Origin: Squalus acanthias
Lineage: Eukaryota
Assembly (NCBI GenBank): GCA_030390025.1
Contig: CM059432.1
Location: 139,812,001 to 139,876,000, forward strand
DNA: 64,000 nt
Direction: 5' to 3'
Within the stretch, counting starts at the first letter, position 1. Every line of letters starts with the position of its first letter. The notes under the pieces were generated by a model. The model was given only the letters and a program-made list of their open reading frames with translations, was not told where the DNA came from and did no database searches. The position numbers were made by a program, and so were the translations under genes. This document shows, in pieces, positions 1-12,565 of the stretch.

Positions 1-996
1 TGTTTGAAAATAAACTCAGTCGAATTGTTTGCATGTGTGTGTGCATTTGTACTCGGTCTTTAGGCTCATAAGAATCATACTTCTGGCTGGGGCTGGAAGC
101 TGATATGAGTCCCTTTGATTTGAGGGGACTGTAAATTTCGGATCAATTTATAAACAAGGTTTCAGTGTAATGTGCAACAAACTTAGGTAACTAGTTGAAT
201 CCAGATCAGAACTGGTAGACTGCAACGAAACAAAAATAAAAAAACGCGAGCGGGCCGGTAATAGATTTTACACGTCCATCAACTACCTGCCAGCTCGAAG
301 CTTGTCAAGGGCATGCCTAAACCTTCCTAACACAGCAAATTATTATCAAGACATGTTCAGCCATTGTGCTGGGAAAAATAAAGGCCTCAAGCCTTCACAG
401 CAACAACGGGCAAAATGACCTTTTTTTTTAATGTCACGCCATTTTATGTCAAGTCAGGTTGTTTTTTTTCCATGACGAATCATTACTAGTCAACAGGCCA
501 GCAGAAAAGATGCAAGTTCTCAAGTACTTTAATACTACAATTGGTCAGCACAGGGTGTGGTCATAGGACATGGCTTTCTTTGCCCACTACACTGCGTACC
601 TGATATTAGCGATTTCAGCCGTTGTGTGGAGCTGCCGAGTAGTGTCCAGGGGCTTCCTCAGAGGGGAGAATGGAGAGAAAACGGAGATAGACCCATTTTG
701 GGTTGCTGTTGCTACAGATTTCCTATTTTCAGGGAGGTTTCAGACCAGCACTGACAAAGATCTAGGAGAAGGTCATTCTTTCGGCTAGGAAGAGTGCGTC
801 ACATGGGAAGATCCAAGGGGGAGGGGGAATATACCTCAGAAATGTAGCCTAAAATTCATATAACAAAAAAAAATCTGTAGTACAGAAGATTACAACCTAA
901 AATGCAAGTTCAGACAATAGAACTGCCTTGATACAAAATAGTACTGTATAACCATCTTTTACTACTACTTGTAATCCGTTTACTATAACCAATTTA

Positions 997-1257
997 ATGA
1001 GGGGCGATGAGGAGAATTTTTTTTAAAACGCAGCGAGTTGTTGTGATCTGGAATGCACTGCCTGAAAGGGCGGTGGAAGCAGATTCAATGGTAACTTTCA
1101 AAAGGGAATCTGTTATATACTTCAAAAGGAAAAAATTTGCAGGGCTATGGGGAAAGAGCGAGGGGATGTGGGACTAATTGGATCGCTCTTTCAAAGAGCC
1201 GGCACAGGCACGATGGGCCGAATGGCCTCCTCCTGCGCTGTATCACTCTATGATTTA
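997..1257 (+). mobile_element. CR1 LINE 3'-end fragment
   Basis: Degenerate ORF2 C-terminal coding (FFxQRVVxxWNALP) followed by the CR1 3'UTR motif GATGGGCCGAATGGCCTCCT and a CTATGA-type tail, shared with many copies in this window. Confidence 0.85.
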
Positions 1258-1719
1258 TTTCTGGTAATCCCCTCAAATGCTTGAAAAATTCTGACAAAAA
1301 ATTTAGGAAAGGATCTAAAAAAAAGAAAATCTGTAAAAAGCCTTTTTGTTCCGTACCACACCAGTACACTTGTGCTAATCTGCCCCGGAATTTCCTGGTG
1401 TGCTCTTACTCAGAGAATATGCCGAAACAGGCGCGGGTTTCTACGTCGATCTTGTCGACGGGAACTTATCCCCAAATTTCCCGCGGATCGCATTAGCAAT
1501 GCAGCGCGTAAAGAAACTGGTGTTAAGCAAGTAGAAATCACCATAAACAATTGTGTCCCAAGTAAAGTGCAGAATAGACGCCATCTTCCTTCTTTAAGTC
1601 CCTCTTTATCTTATTGGTGTTATGAAAGTTAAAGTCTGAAGCCACCAAACCATCATTCATGCACTTTAAGCACAGCATGTTTAAGAAAAGGCAATTGTGG
1701 AAGACGTTCTCAGCCCATT

Positions 1720-2462
1720 ACTCCCCGTCCACCCCCTCTCGATCATGGGGGTTGATGGAAGAAGCCACCAGTCGTGCCATCAAACGAAACCCACTCAACA
1801 GCAACTCGCCCAACGACACCCAGTTCGGACTCCGCCAGACTTCATCGCAGTCCAATCCAGACATGGAAGGCAGGAGCTGCATGCCGGAGGAGAGGTGAGA
1901 GGCAGTATTCCACCAAGTGTGGAGCCAAGGAGCCACAGCAAAACTGAAGTCAATGGGGATTAAGAGGAAAACCTTCCAAGAGCTGGAGCCATACCCGGCC
2001 CATTGGAAGATGGCTGTAGTTGTTGGGAGTCCGATTATCGGCCCTAGAATGTCAATGCATGAGCAATATTCTCAGACCAAACATCTGCTTCATCAATCAC
2101 CTTTCTTCTGCCATCAGGTCAGGAGCGGGGTTGTTTGCTGAAGATTCTACAGTGCTAGTCTCCATTCACACCTCCTCTGATAATGAAGCTGCCCACGCCG
2201 GACTACAGCAGGACCTGGACAACATCCAGCTTGGGCTGGCTAGCGGCAAGTAGCTTTCACACCACCCAAGTGCTGGTCAATTACTATATCCAACAAGAAA
2301 AGGCCCAATCACGCCCCCTTCCCCCACAACCTTCAGTGACACCATCACCAAGGCCCACACACGATCAACATCCTGGAGGTCACCACTGACTAGAAGCTTA
2401 ACTGGACCAGCCATATCGACACAGCGACCACAAGAGCAAAACAGAGGCTGGGTACAATGAAG
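1720..2462 (+). mobile_element. Old degenerate RT fragment of the same LINE family as 2468-5675 (left half of an interrupted copy)
   Basis: Remnants of YxPxxxLS, QFGLRQ, FAED and LQQDLDNIQ; colinear with the minus-strand element and continues at 5680. Confidence 0.75.
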
Positions 2463-2467
2463 AACGT

Positions 2468-5400
2468 TTTTTTTAAATTCATTCCTGGCATGTGGGCGTC
2501 ACTGGCAAGGCCAGCATTTATTGCCCATCCCTAATTGCCCTCGAGAAGGTGGTGGTGAGCCGCCTTCTTGAACCGCTGCAGTCCGTGTGGTGAAAGTACT
2601 CCCACAGTGCTGTTAGGGAGGGAGCTCTAGGAATTTGACCCAGCGACGATGAAGGATCGGCGATATACTTCTAAGTCAGGATGGTGTGTGACTTGGAGGG
2701 GACCTTGGAGGTGGTGGTGTTCCCATGTGCCTGCTGCCCTTGTCCTTCTAGGTGGTAGAGGTCACTGGTTTGGGAGGTGCTGCCGAAGAAGCCTTGGCGA
2801 GTTGCTGCAGTGCATCTTGTAGATGGTACACACTGCAGCCATGGTACGCCAGTGGTGGAGGGAGTGAATGTTTAAGGTGGTGGATGGGGTGCCAATTAAG
2901 CGGGCTGCTTTGTCCTGGATGGGGTCGAGCTTCTTAAGTGTTGTTGGAGCTGCACTCATCCAGGCAAGTGGAGAGTATTCTATCACACTACTGATTTGTG
3001 CCTTGTAGATGGTGGAAAGGCTTTGGGGAATTAGGAAGTGAGACACTCGTCGCAGAATACATAGCCTCTGACCTGCTCTCGTAGCCACAGTATATATGTG
3101 GCTGGTCCAGTTATGTTTCTGGCCAAAGGTGACCCCCTGCCCCCCAGGATATTGATGGTGGGGGATTCGGCGATGGTAATGCCGTTGAATATCATGGGGT
3201 GGTGGTTAGACTTGGAGATAGTCACTGCCTGGCACTTGTGTGGCATGAATGTTACTTGCCACTTATCAGCCCAAGCCTGAATGTCATCCAGGTCTTGCTG
3301 CATGTGGGCATGGACTGCTTCATTATCTGAGGAGTTGCGAATGGAACTGAACACTGTGCAGTCATCAGTGAACATCCACATTTCTGACCTTATGATGGAG
3401 GGAAGGTCATTGATGAAGCAGCTGAAGATGGTTGGGCCTAGGACACTGCCCTGAGGAACTCCTGCAGCGATGTCCTGGAGCTGAGAAGATTGGCCTCCAA
3501 CAACCACAACCATCTTCCTTTGTGCTAGGTATGACTCCAGCCAGTGGAGAGTTTTCCCCGATTCCCTTTGACTTCAATTTTACTAGGGCTCCTTGATGCC
3601 ACACTCGGTCAAATACTGCCCTGATGTCAAGGGCAGCCACTCTCACCTCATCTCTGGAATTCAGCTCTTTTGTCCATGTTTGAACCAAGGCTGTAATGAG
3701 GTCTGCAGCCGAGTGGTCCTGGCGGAACCCACACTGGGCATCAGTGAGCAGGTTATTGGTGAGTAAGTGCCGCTTGATTGCACTGTCAGATGAGACCTTC
3801 CATCACTTTGCTGATGATTGAGAGTAGGCTGATGGGGTGGTAATTGGCCGGATTGGATTTGTCCTGCTTTTTGTGGACAGGACATACCTGGGCAGTTTTC
3901 CATATTGTCGGTGTTGTAGCTGTACTGGAACAGCTTGGCTAGAGGCATGACTAGTTCTGGAGTACAGGTCTTCAGCACGACAGCCGGGATGTTGTCAGGG
4001 CCCATAGCCATTGCTGTATCCAGTGCATTCAGCCGTTTCTTGATATCATGTGGAGTGAATCGAATTGTCTGAAGACTGGCTTCTGTGATGGTGGGGACCT
4101 CAGGAGGAGGCCGAGATGGATCATCCACTTGGCACTTCTGGCTGAAGATGGTTGCAAACGCTTCAGCCTTATCTTTTGCACTAGCGTGCTAGGCTCCACC
4201 ATCATTGAGGATGGGGATATTCATGGAGCCTCCTCCTCCCGTTAGTTGTTTAATTGTCCACCACCATTCACGACTGCATGTGGCAGGACTGCAGAGCTTT
4301 GATCTGATCCGTTGATTGTGGGATCGCTTAGCTCTGTCTATAGCATGCTGCTTCCGCTGTTTAGCATGCATGTAGTCCTGTGTCGCAGCTTCCTCAGGTT
4401 GGCAACTCATTTTTAGGTATGGCCGGTGCTGCTCCTGGCATGCTCTTCTGCACTCCTCATTAAACCAGGGTAGGTTCCCTGGCTTGATGGTAATAGTAGA
4501 GTGAGGGATATGCCAGGTCATGAGGTTACAGATTGTGGTGGAATACAATTCATCTGCTGCTGATGGCCCACAGCGCCTCATGGGTGACCAGTTTTGAGCT
4601 GCTAGATCTGTTCTGAATCTATCCCATTTAGCATGGTGGTAGTGCCACACAACACGATGGAGGGTGTCCTCAATGTGAAGACGGGACTTCGTCTCCACAA
4701 GGACTGTGCGGTGGTCACTGCTACCAATACTGTCATGGACAGATGCATCTGCGACGGGTAGATTGGTGAGGACGAGGTCAAGTAGGTTTTTCCTTCATGT
4801 TGTTTCTCTCACCACCTGTCGCAGGCCCAGTCTGGCGCCTATGTCCTTCAGGACTCGGCCAGCTTAGTCAGTGGTGTTGCTACCGAGCCACTCTTGGTGA
4901 TGGACATTGAAGTCCCCCACCCAGAGTACCCTCAGTGCTTCTTCCAACTGGTGTTCAACATGGAAAAGTACTGATTCATCAGCTGAGGGAGGGCGGTAGG
5001 TGATAATCAGCAGGAGGTTTCCTGCTTGACCTGAAGCTATGAGACTTCATGGGGTCCGGAGTCAATGTGACGGACTCCCAGGGCCACTCCCTCCCGACTG
5101 TATACCACTGTGCCGCCACCCCTGGTGGGTCTGCCCTGCTGGTGTGACAGGACATACCCAGGGATGGTGATGGAGGAGTCTGGGACATTGGCTGAAAGGT
5201 ATGATTCTGTGAGTATGACTATATCAGGCTGTTGCCTGACTAGTCTGTGGGACAGCTCTCCTAATTTTGGCACAAGTCCCCAGATGTTAGTGAGGAGGAC
5301 TTTGCACGGTCGACTGGGCTGGGTGTGCCGTTGTCGTGTCCGAAGCCGGTGCCTAGGTCGATGCCGGGTGCTCCGTCCGGTTTTATTATTATTGTTTTTT

Positions 5401-5675
5401 GAAGCGGTGTGGTAGGCCATTTCAGAGGGCAGTTAAGAGTCAATCACATTGCTGTGTGTCTGGAGTCACATATAGGCCAGACCAGGTAAGGATGGTAGAT
5501 TTCCTTCCCTAAAGGACATTAGTGAACCAGATGGGTTTTTATGACAATCCGGTAGTTTCATGGTCACCATTACTGATACTAGCTTTTTATTCCAGATTTA
5601 TTCAATTAACTGAATTTAAATTCCAAAGCTGCTGGATTACTAGTCCAGTAACATAACCACTATGCTACCGTACCC
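2468..5675 (-). mobile_element. Near full-length single-ORF non-LTR retrotransposon (CR1-group, APE endonuclease + RT, no ORF1) with tRNA-derived 5' head; ORF frameshifted
   Basis: ORF pieces 5420-5037 (APE N-terminus KVLLTNIWGL..PDIVILTESYL), 4698-4189, 4128-3661 (GPDNIP), 3688-3407 (LDIRAVFDRVWH), 3513-3031 ([14 protein letters not shown]), 3088-2762; A-rich 3' tail near 2468-2477; 5' end GGGTACGGTAGCATAGTGG. Confidence 0.9.
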
Positions 5676-5679
5676 GTAT

Positions 5680-6200
5680 CTCCTTCATTTACAAGGCTCA
5701 CCAGGAGTGTGATTACATACTCACCGCTCACTTGGTTGGGTGCAGTTGCAACACTCAAGAACAGAGCAGCGCACTTAATACACACCCCTGCCTCTGAGCT
5801 CCCAGATCAACCGCTCCACCACCAGTGCACCGTGGCTGCAGTATGTAGTAAGTCCAGGGTGGACTGCAGCAAATCACCAAGCTTACTTCGACAGCGCCTC
5901 CCAGCCCCGTGAACTCTTATCACCTCCCAAGATGGACAAGAACAGCAGGATCATGGGAACACCATCATCTCCAACTTCCCCCAAGTCGCACACCATCCTG
6001 ACTTGTAGACGTACCCTGCCGCTCCTTCGCCGCTGTTCGATCAAAATTCTGGAATTCCCGACGTAACGCCATCCTGGGAGCACCTTCATCACCAGTACTG
6101 CAGCGGTTCATGGAGAAGGTCCATCACCACCTCCACCTCAGTGCAGTTAAGGATGGTCAATAAATGTGGTCTTTCCAGTATAGCCCGAATCCAGAGAACC
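5680..6200 (+). mobile_element. 3' half of the old LINE copy interrupted by 2468-5675
   Basis: IYKA..SVITYSPLTW..CTVAAVC coding remnants and 3'UTR CTGCAGCGGTTC..AAGG..CATCACCACCT matching the family 3' end. Confidence 0.75.
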
Positions 6201-6898
6201 AATTTTTTTTAAAGTTTATACTCTAATCATTTGCTGTTTGAAAGGTTCCCATTGTTTCTCCATTACGCACCCCCCCACCCCGCCCCAATTTATCTGGTTT
6301 AGTTCACTGAAATGTTATTTTCCAGTCAAACACCTTTATCTTTAACAGTTCCCTCTCCTTTTCTATTTTTATTTCAAGCCTAGTCATCTTTGATTCCTAG
6401 ATGTTCCCCCAGCCTTACATTACCAACTTGCCTCACTTCATTTCCCAGAACAAGATCTGACGCTGCTTCCTTCCTTATTGGACTAAAAACATACTGATCT
6501 AAATAAACGGCCCGGGACAAACTCTTCCCCTTCTTTGCCAGCGACACTTCTTTCACCCCAGTCTATGTGACTAATTAAAGTCAATCATTATTATGCCTGT
6601 TATTTTTGCATGTTTCTTTAATTTATCTACATGTCTCACATTCTATTGCCATTCCACTCTTTGGCGGTCTATAATAAATTCCCAACAGTCATAGTTCTCT
6701 TCTTATTCCTCAACTCTAACCAAATAGATTCAGCTTTTTTTTTTACCATCCCCTATTGAGCCTTACATTCTAGTTCTGAAATGGAATTCCATCCCTCCAG
6801 CTTTTCCTCCTACTCTATCCTTCCTGAATATTTTGTAACCAGAAATGTTTAGCTCTCAGTTCTGCCCTAGCCTAAGTCATATCTCAATTAAAGGTATT

Positions 6899-7652
6899 GG
6901 CCCGGATTGTGTGGTAGAAATAACAGTGGGGCTACCTGCGCTCACTTAAACTTCCGGCTTCCACACATGCACAGTTAAACGTGGAAATCAGGAAGTTGCT
7001 GCCTGAGTTGCCCTGATCCTCCAGAAGCTGTGCTATACCAGTACCTCGCCGAGAGACCCGGCATTAAAACACATGAAGGGTCTGAAGTTGCAGTAATTAC
7101 CCACTAGATACCCACTAAAGACGGCAGAAAAAGTTAGGGCTTGTCCATTCAAATGTAAGTGAATTTTTAAACAGCATGAGAAGTCTTAATTACGGCCAAA
7201 CAACTTCTCTGGCACTGAAAATTAACTTTTACAAGTGTGGACTCTCATTCCTTCAGATTTTAATTATTGTTGGAGATTTTTTTTTTAAATGTTAATTTTG
7301 TTTTTACTTTCTCTTTCTGTCTCTTTTCTCTCTCTCTCTCTTAATCCCAGCTTTCTTTCCCTCTCTTAATTTTGCTTTCGGTACATGACTTGGCACTGAA
7401 TTAACTATTCAAGCTTACACTTCCTGGTTCAGACACTGCGTGCCTCAGTGAGGATTCTTCAATCTGATTGGTTAGGGAGTTATACAGTTGCTTGCCCTGT
7501 TCACACAGGTCCCAGATCCCCTGCAGAGGGCGCCACACTGTTTTGGATTTATAATAACCGCAAATCGCAGTGCAAAAGCCCACAGAAAGTCTGCAGGAAA
7601 CTGTAAGTGTAATGAACGGCTAAGCGCGCTTGTTCGCCACAAAATCTGGGCC
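6899..7652. mobile_element. Harbinger-type MITE (754 bp)
   Basis: Imperfect TIRs GGCCCGGATTGTGTGG / CCACAAAATCTGGGCC; 3-bp flanks ATT / AAT; no coding capacity. Confidence 0.75.
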
Positions 7653-7890
7653 AATATATTGTACTCCGTGGGTTCTAGTGCTCTGTGGAACTGCACCACG
7701 AGTTACTGCTGCTCAATTTTTATGTGTGCGTGCTAGCGTTTCATCTGGTGCCTGACGCTTTAATAATCTGAAATAACAGTATGCATCAGTTGGCAGACAA
7801 GTGAAGATTCAATAAACTGTAGAAGTTTTAATTGCTTGAAATAACCAAAATAAGATGACAAAGCATAATTCCTGATATTTTATCGCTTAC

Positions 7891-8085
7891 AGTGAGAGTT
7901 GCTGTATTGTTGACTGCACGTATTCTTGTAAGAAAGATTTTAAATCACGGTATAATTTTTTTGATACCTTGCTTATAAAACATGCAGGATCGGACAACTC
8001 TGAAAGTATGTAAACAACATGAGTTTTATTTTTGTAAAGCTGTGCAGTTATTTTTAACATCTTCAAATCTGTACTGCCTATGCTG
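7891..8085 (-). CDS. Candidate internal coding exon (195 nt, phase 2-2), product unrecognised
   Basis: Acceptor ttgctttgtacctag, donor CT|gtaagc, open frame SIGSTDLKMLKITAQLYKNKTHVVYILSELSDPACFISKVSKKLYRDLKSFLQEYVQSTIQQLS in apparently unique sequence. Confidence 0.35.
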
Positions 8086-8837
8086 CTAGGTACAAAGCAA
8101 TTCTGTGAAATGTACATTTTGGGCAAATAGGTTCACTTGTTTGGATTAATCGATCTGCACCTCTAAATTGTCACCAATGCCCAAGGGCAGAAAACGATGT
8201 GGTTAGACCACACTGCATCAGAAACAACTGGGAATTAGCAACTCTCTTTAAAATATCACAGTTGTCTTATTCGATAAAAGCAAAGATGTGTGTCTCATTC
8301 GTCCTATTGTTTTGTTTGACATCTTTAGGAGCGCCTGAATTCCAAAATTCTGGAATGCGGCATTTGTTTATTATTTGTTTGAAAAAGGGTGTGGGGGGGG
8401 GGGGGGTGGGGAGGAGGTGCGAGGGGATGCCCGATACAAAATCAATCTTTGCCTTTAGTGCTCACATCCACCTTTAAAAATGCCCAAAATCTGCCATTTC
8501 TACAAAACACAGTTATTTTTTTCCCTTTTAATAGAAATGATAGCATGTTAAGTATCAGTTGAGCAGAGTGTCCCACTCCACTTTCAGTTTAACTACTTGT
8601 TTTCATAGGCCGATATCCAGGGCTAATTTGGGGTGTCCAGCTTTTCATGAAACTGCTGGCCAGCCTTTGGTTGGGAATTATGTCGAGGATCAACTCTGTT
8701 CCAGTGTCCCAGCACCAGGCATATCGTCTGGTAGCTCATTTACCCCCAAACAGGCTCCATTTACCTTCCACCACCCCCTCAAGGAGAACAGTTATTTGAC
8801 AACTGCCAAACAAATTTGTACCCAGCAGCACGGGTAG

Positions 8838-9125
8838 ACCGATTTAAAGTGATTGGTAAAAGAACCAGAGGCGACATGAGGATAAACTTTTTTACCCAAC
8901 GAGTGGTTGGGATTTGGAATGCACTGCCTGATAGGGTGGTGGAAGCAGATTCAATAGTAACTTTCTAAAGGGAATTGGGATAAATACTTGAAGGAGAAAA
9001 AATTGCAGGGATATGGGGAAAAAGGGGCGGCGCGGGACTAACTGGATCGCTCTTCGAAAGAGCCGGCACAGACTCGATGGGCCGAATGGCCTCCTTCTCT
9101 GCTGTACTATTCTATGATTCTATGA
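8838..9125 (+). mobile_element. CR1 LINE 3'-end fragment
   Basis: FFTQRVVGIWNALP coding, CR1 3'UTR and (ATTCTATG)n tail. Confidence 0.9.
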
Positions 9126-9444
9126 AACACAGATTAGAGTCTTTGCTTGAGAGAGATAGCAAGTTCCGCAAACTCTTCCTAACTGGCCTGGTAAGCAGCA
9201 CAGCTCACTGTAATATCTGCATAAATGGCGATGGCACTATGTTCCTGACCATAGCACGGACACACACCAGTACCCGCAAACTTTGGTTTTACTAGTATGA
9301 CGTTTAGACCTTTCACAGCAATTGCTTGCTTCCAATTAAGGGAAGCAACAAATTCTGGATAGGCGAGCATGTGTTTCTATACCAATCTCCAAGAAATGCT
9401 TCCAGCAGCTGTTGTTCCAAGCATCGGAGTTTCCTCAGCAGCTA

Positions 9445-9815
9445 CAGGACAAATATCTCCCTTCAATTTTAAAATCTCACCCTTGTTTTTAAATCCCTCC
9501 ATGGCCTCGCCCCATCCTATTTCTGTAGCCTCTTCCAGTCCTGCAGGTCTTCGAGATCTCTGCATTCTTCCAATTCTGGCCTCTTGCATATCTCTGACTT
9601 TAATCACTCCACCATTGGTGGCCGTGCCTTCTGCTCCCTTAACTCTGGAATTCTCTCCCTAGACCTCTCTGCCTCTCTCTCCTCCTTTAGGGCGTTCCCA
9701 CTTTGTATCTCCTTATGTGGCTCGGTGTCAATTTCTTTTGATAATTGCTCCTGTGAAGCGCCTTGGGACGTTTTACTACATTAAAGGCACTATATAAATG
9801 CAAGTTGTTGTTGTT
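9445..9815 (+). mobile_element. L2 LINE 3'-end fragment
   Basis: STIGGRAF motif, 3'UTR CTGTGAAGCGCCTTGGGACGTTTTACTAC and (GTT)n tail. Confidence 0.85.
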
Positions 9816-10475
9816 TCATTACGATGGAGGGACCTATGTAGAACAGTTGCAATGTGCCAACCCTGATGTTCTAGACATTCAGGTGCAATGCCTCGTACCA
9901 GGCTTATTTGTATACTCAAGATCCTCATGTAAAGGGCTTTGGCAAAGAGAGGTATCTACAATGAGGCTGATTTCCCCTCCAGGGTGCTGAGCAACAGATT
10001 GAGCCACAAACTGACCTGTCAGCTTGGTTCTGGACCTTGCACATAGGCCAAGGGAAGCTTTGCTGTTGCATACTTAGAAGCAACCCATGGGGACCAAGGT
10101 TACCATGATTGATAACACACAAATTATGAATTTTATACATCTCACTATTCTCAGGAGGGCTGGTAAATTCTACTCACCAGCATCGAGATATAAGTTACTT
10201 TCAGATTTGACAAGTTGAAAAACAAAGTGAGTTTGCAAGTAGTATGAATGTCTTTACCCTCCAGCCCCAGTCTTTTTGGTTTTCTTCGTCAGGTCCCTAC
10301 TCAATGACTCTCCTGGTACTCAATTTCAGAAGTGTTTTTATCCTTTAAGTTATTTGCTTTGATTAAAGTTCCAGTTAGAGATTTTGGTAAGTAAACCGTT
10401 ATTGACATGGTCACTGGGATCTCCTTCCACAGGATGGATTGCGAGGAGAAGATGGGCTGGCAAATGGTTTTAGCT

Positions 10476-10510
10476 CAATAGCAAAATACTGCGGATGCTG
10501 GAAATCTGAC
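10476..10510 (-). mobile_element. 35-bp Penelope-type 3'-terminal insertion with 12-bp TSD
   Basis: Insert closely matches the reverse complement of 11739-11768; flanked by ATGGTTTTAGCT at 10464-10475 and 10511-10522. Confidence 0.8.
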
Positions 10511-11149
10511 ATGGTTTTAGCTAGTTGGTTCCTATCCATACCTTCAGGGTATGGACTGAAGCATACACCTCAGTGCTGGTCATCATCAGCTCTAAGCAAA
10601 CTGATTATAATAACTATCTAAGAGAAATGATTCTCAAACTCACATTGCCACACAGGGTGAATTGCAGATTGGACAGCATTGGTCCTAGCTGGGGGAAAAA
10701 ACCCAGTTCACTCAGAGGGATAGTGAGCCTTTATATATTATGCAATGTGGGCCAATGTCACCCAACATCAATATGTACCAATGTAAAAATGTCACTCGGA
10801 TCATCGCCAGCATGCGCTTTCCCCAGAATGCTGTTCATGTCTCTTTCACACACAAATGCGTTTTACACGTGCAAAGTCGTGGGCACTCCCAGATAACTTT
10901 AGCAAGACTAGTTATACTAATTTTAATAATGTATAGTCTCCGCATAATAAACAAATTTATAATTGAACATTACGCACTTCACGTCCCAATAGATTATGAG
11001 CAAGGCGACTAACTTGGGGTTTTTGCAGGAAAATGGATGGAATCATGGAATATAATTCCCGAGACGCGGGTAAGTATCCAGAAAACTGCACGCAATGAAA
11101 ACAAAACTTGACTTATCCAATCATTGTAAACAGTAGCCTTACTTATGAA

Positions 11150-11770
11150 ATAAAAACAGAAAATGGAACACCTCCGTTCAGTCCGTAAGTGTGACCCCGA
11201 GCTTCCGGTCGCCTGTCACTTTAATTCTCTGCTCCACTCCCACTCTGATATCTCCGTCCTCGGCCTCTTACACTGTTCCAATGAAGCTCAACGTAAGCTC
11301 GATGAACAGCACCTCATCTTTTGATTAGGCGCTTTACAGCCTTCTGGACTCAACATCGAGTTCAACAATTTCAGACCATAACCTTGGCCCTATTTTTTTC
11401 CACATGGCAGCTGTTGATGATTCTGCCATTCCCATTTACACCTCACCTAGAGTCATCTTTTGTTTCTTTACTTGTCCCATTACCATCTCCTTTTGCTTTG
11501 TACTATCAAACCTTTTGTCATTTAAATCTCTCCTACCTTCCACCCTATCACAGGCCTTCCCTTTTGTTCTTTCCTCCCCTCCCACCTTTCCCTGCCCCTA
11601 CACTTGCTTAAAAACCAGTTACATCTCCAATTTTTTCCAGTTCTGACGAAGGGTTATCGACCTGAAACGTTAACTCTGTTTCTCTCTCCATGGATGCTGC
11701 CTGACCTGCTGAGTATTTCCAGCATTTTCTGCTTTTATTTCAGATGTCCAGCATCCGCAGTATTTTACTT
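11150..11770 (+). mobile_element. Penelope-like element 3' fragment (GIY-YIG C-terminus + pLTR)
   Basis: Codes SVLGLLHCSNEAQRKLDEQHLIF*LGALQPSGLNIEF; a short inverted copy of the terminus at the 5' junction (AAATAAAAACAGAAAATG); 16-bp TSD with 2 mismatches (11134-11149 / 11771-11786). Confidence 0.85.
11639..11675 (+). ncRNA. Minimal type I hammerhead ribozyme motif in the Penelope pLTR
   Basis: Stem I AGTT/AACT, core CTGACGA, stem II GGGTT-ATC-GACCT, GAAA, palindromic ACGT helix III, putative GUU cleavage triplet. Confidence 0.75.
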
Positions 11771-12565
11771 TAGCATTAGTTATGAATTTGAAATTCCAAA
11801 CTACTCAATTTAAGAGTCTAGCCTCAGATTTAGCAAAACTTTAGCTATTCTTATCTGGTTCCTAGCTATCATATCTAGGAACTAGAGAGTCACTAGCTGG
11901 TATTGCTGCAATCACCAGGAACAACACAATTATGGCCCAATGGCTTTGTGATGAACGGAGGCAGAATTTCTATGGCTTTTAAAAAATAATTTACTATTTT
12001 TCTATTGGCGCCTCTAAATCATTAGATAAATTGCTAAGCCATTGTTCGCTTCACTCCAAGAACAATTTTTTTGGCGTACTGTGTAATCTGTAGTCAAGAG
12101 GGAGTTTTGAATGAGCATAAATTTTTTTAAGACCTCCATTAGCCAACTGGACTGCCTTTGGTAAATAAACATTAGATCAGCGACTACAATTTTACTTCCA
12201 GAGCAAAACTGATCTACAGAGAAAAATAAAGTTTCTCTCTTCCTGCCACTGATTTGTTCTTTTCTATTCTAATTCTGTTACTGTCTTTCTTTTAGTCTCT
12301 CATTATTTCTTTCTTCCTCATTCTCACACGCGTTTGTCATTGGGGTGTCTGTATCTTGGCTTGTCTTCAACTCTTTTTAATTACAATTTCTCTCTCATTA
12401 TTTCTGTGAGTCTCTCCTCACTTCTGTTTCTTCCCTGTTCCTTAAGTCCCCAATCTCACATACAAGTTCCTTTATCAGTGTTTTTACCTCTTTCCTTTTT
12501 TAAAGCCCAGGATTCATGCCGCAAGGTAGTAGCTACCTTGGGTTGGGTTGTCTTGAAAACCAAAA

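Noticed and set aside
600..771. Minus-strand coding exon (donor CAG|gtacgc)
   Set aside because: All three frames from the obvious acceptor contain stops; at most a non-coding exon.
1380..1560. Possible Harbinger MITE end (GCCCCGGAATTTCC)
   Set aside because: No matching second TIR or TSD found.
10510..11146. Idea that the Penelope inverted end was split by a ~640-bp insertion
   Set aside because: Each piece has its own TSD (12 bp and 16 bp), so they are independent insertions.
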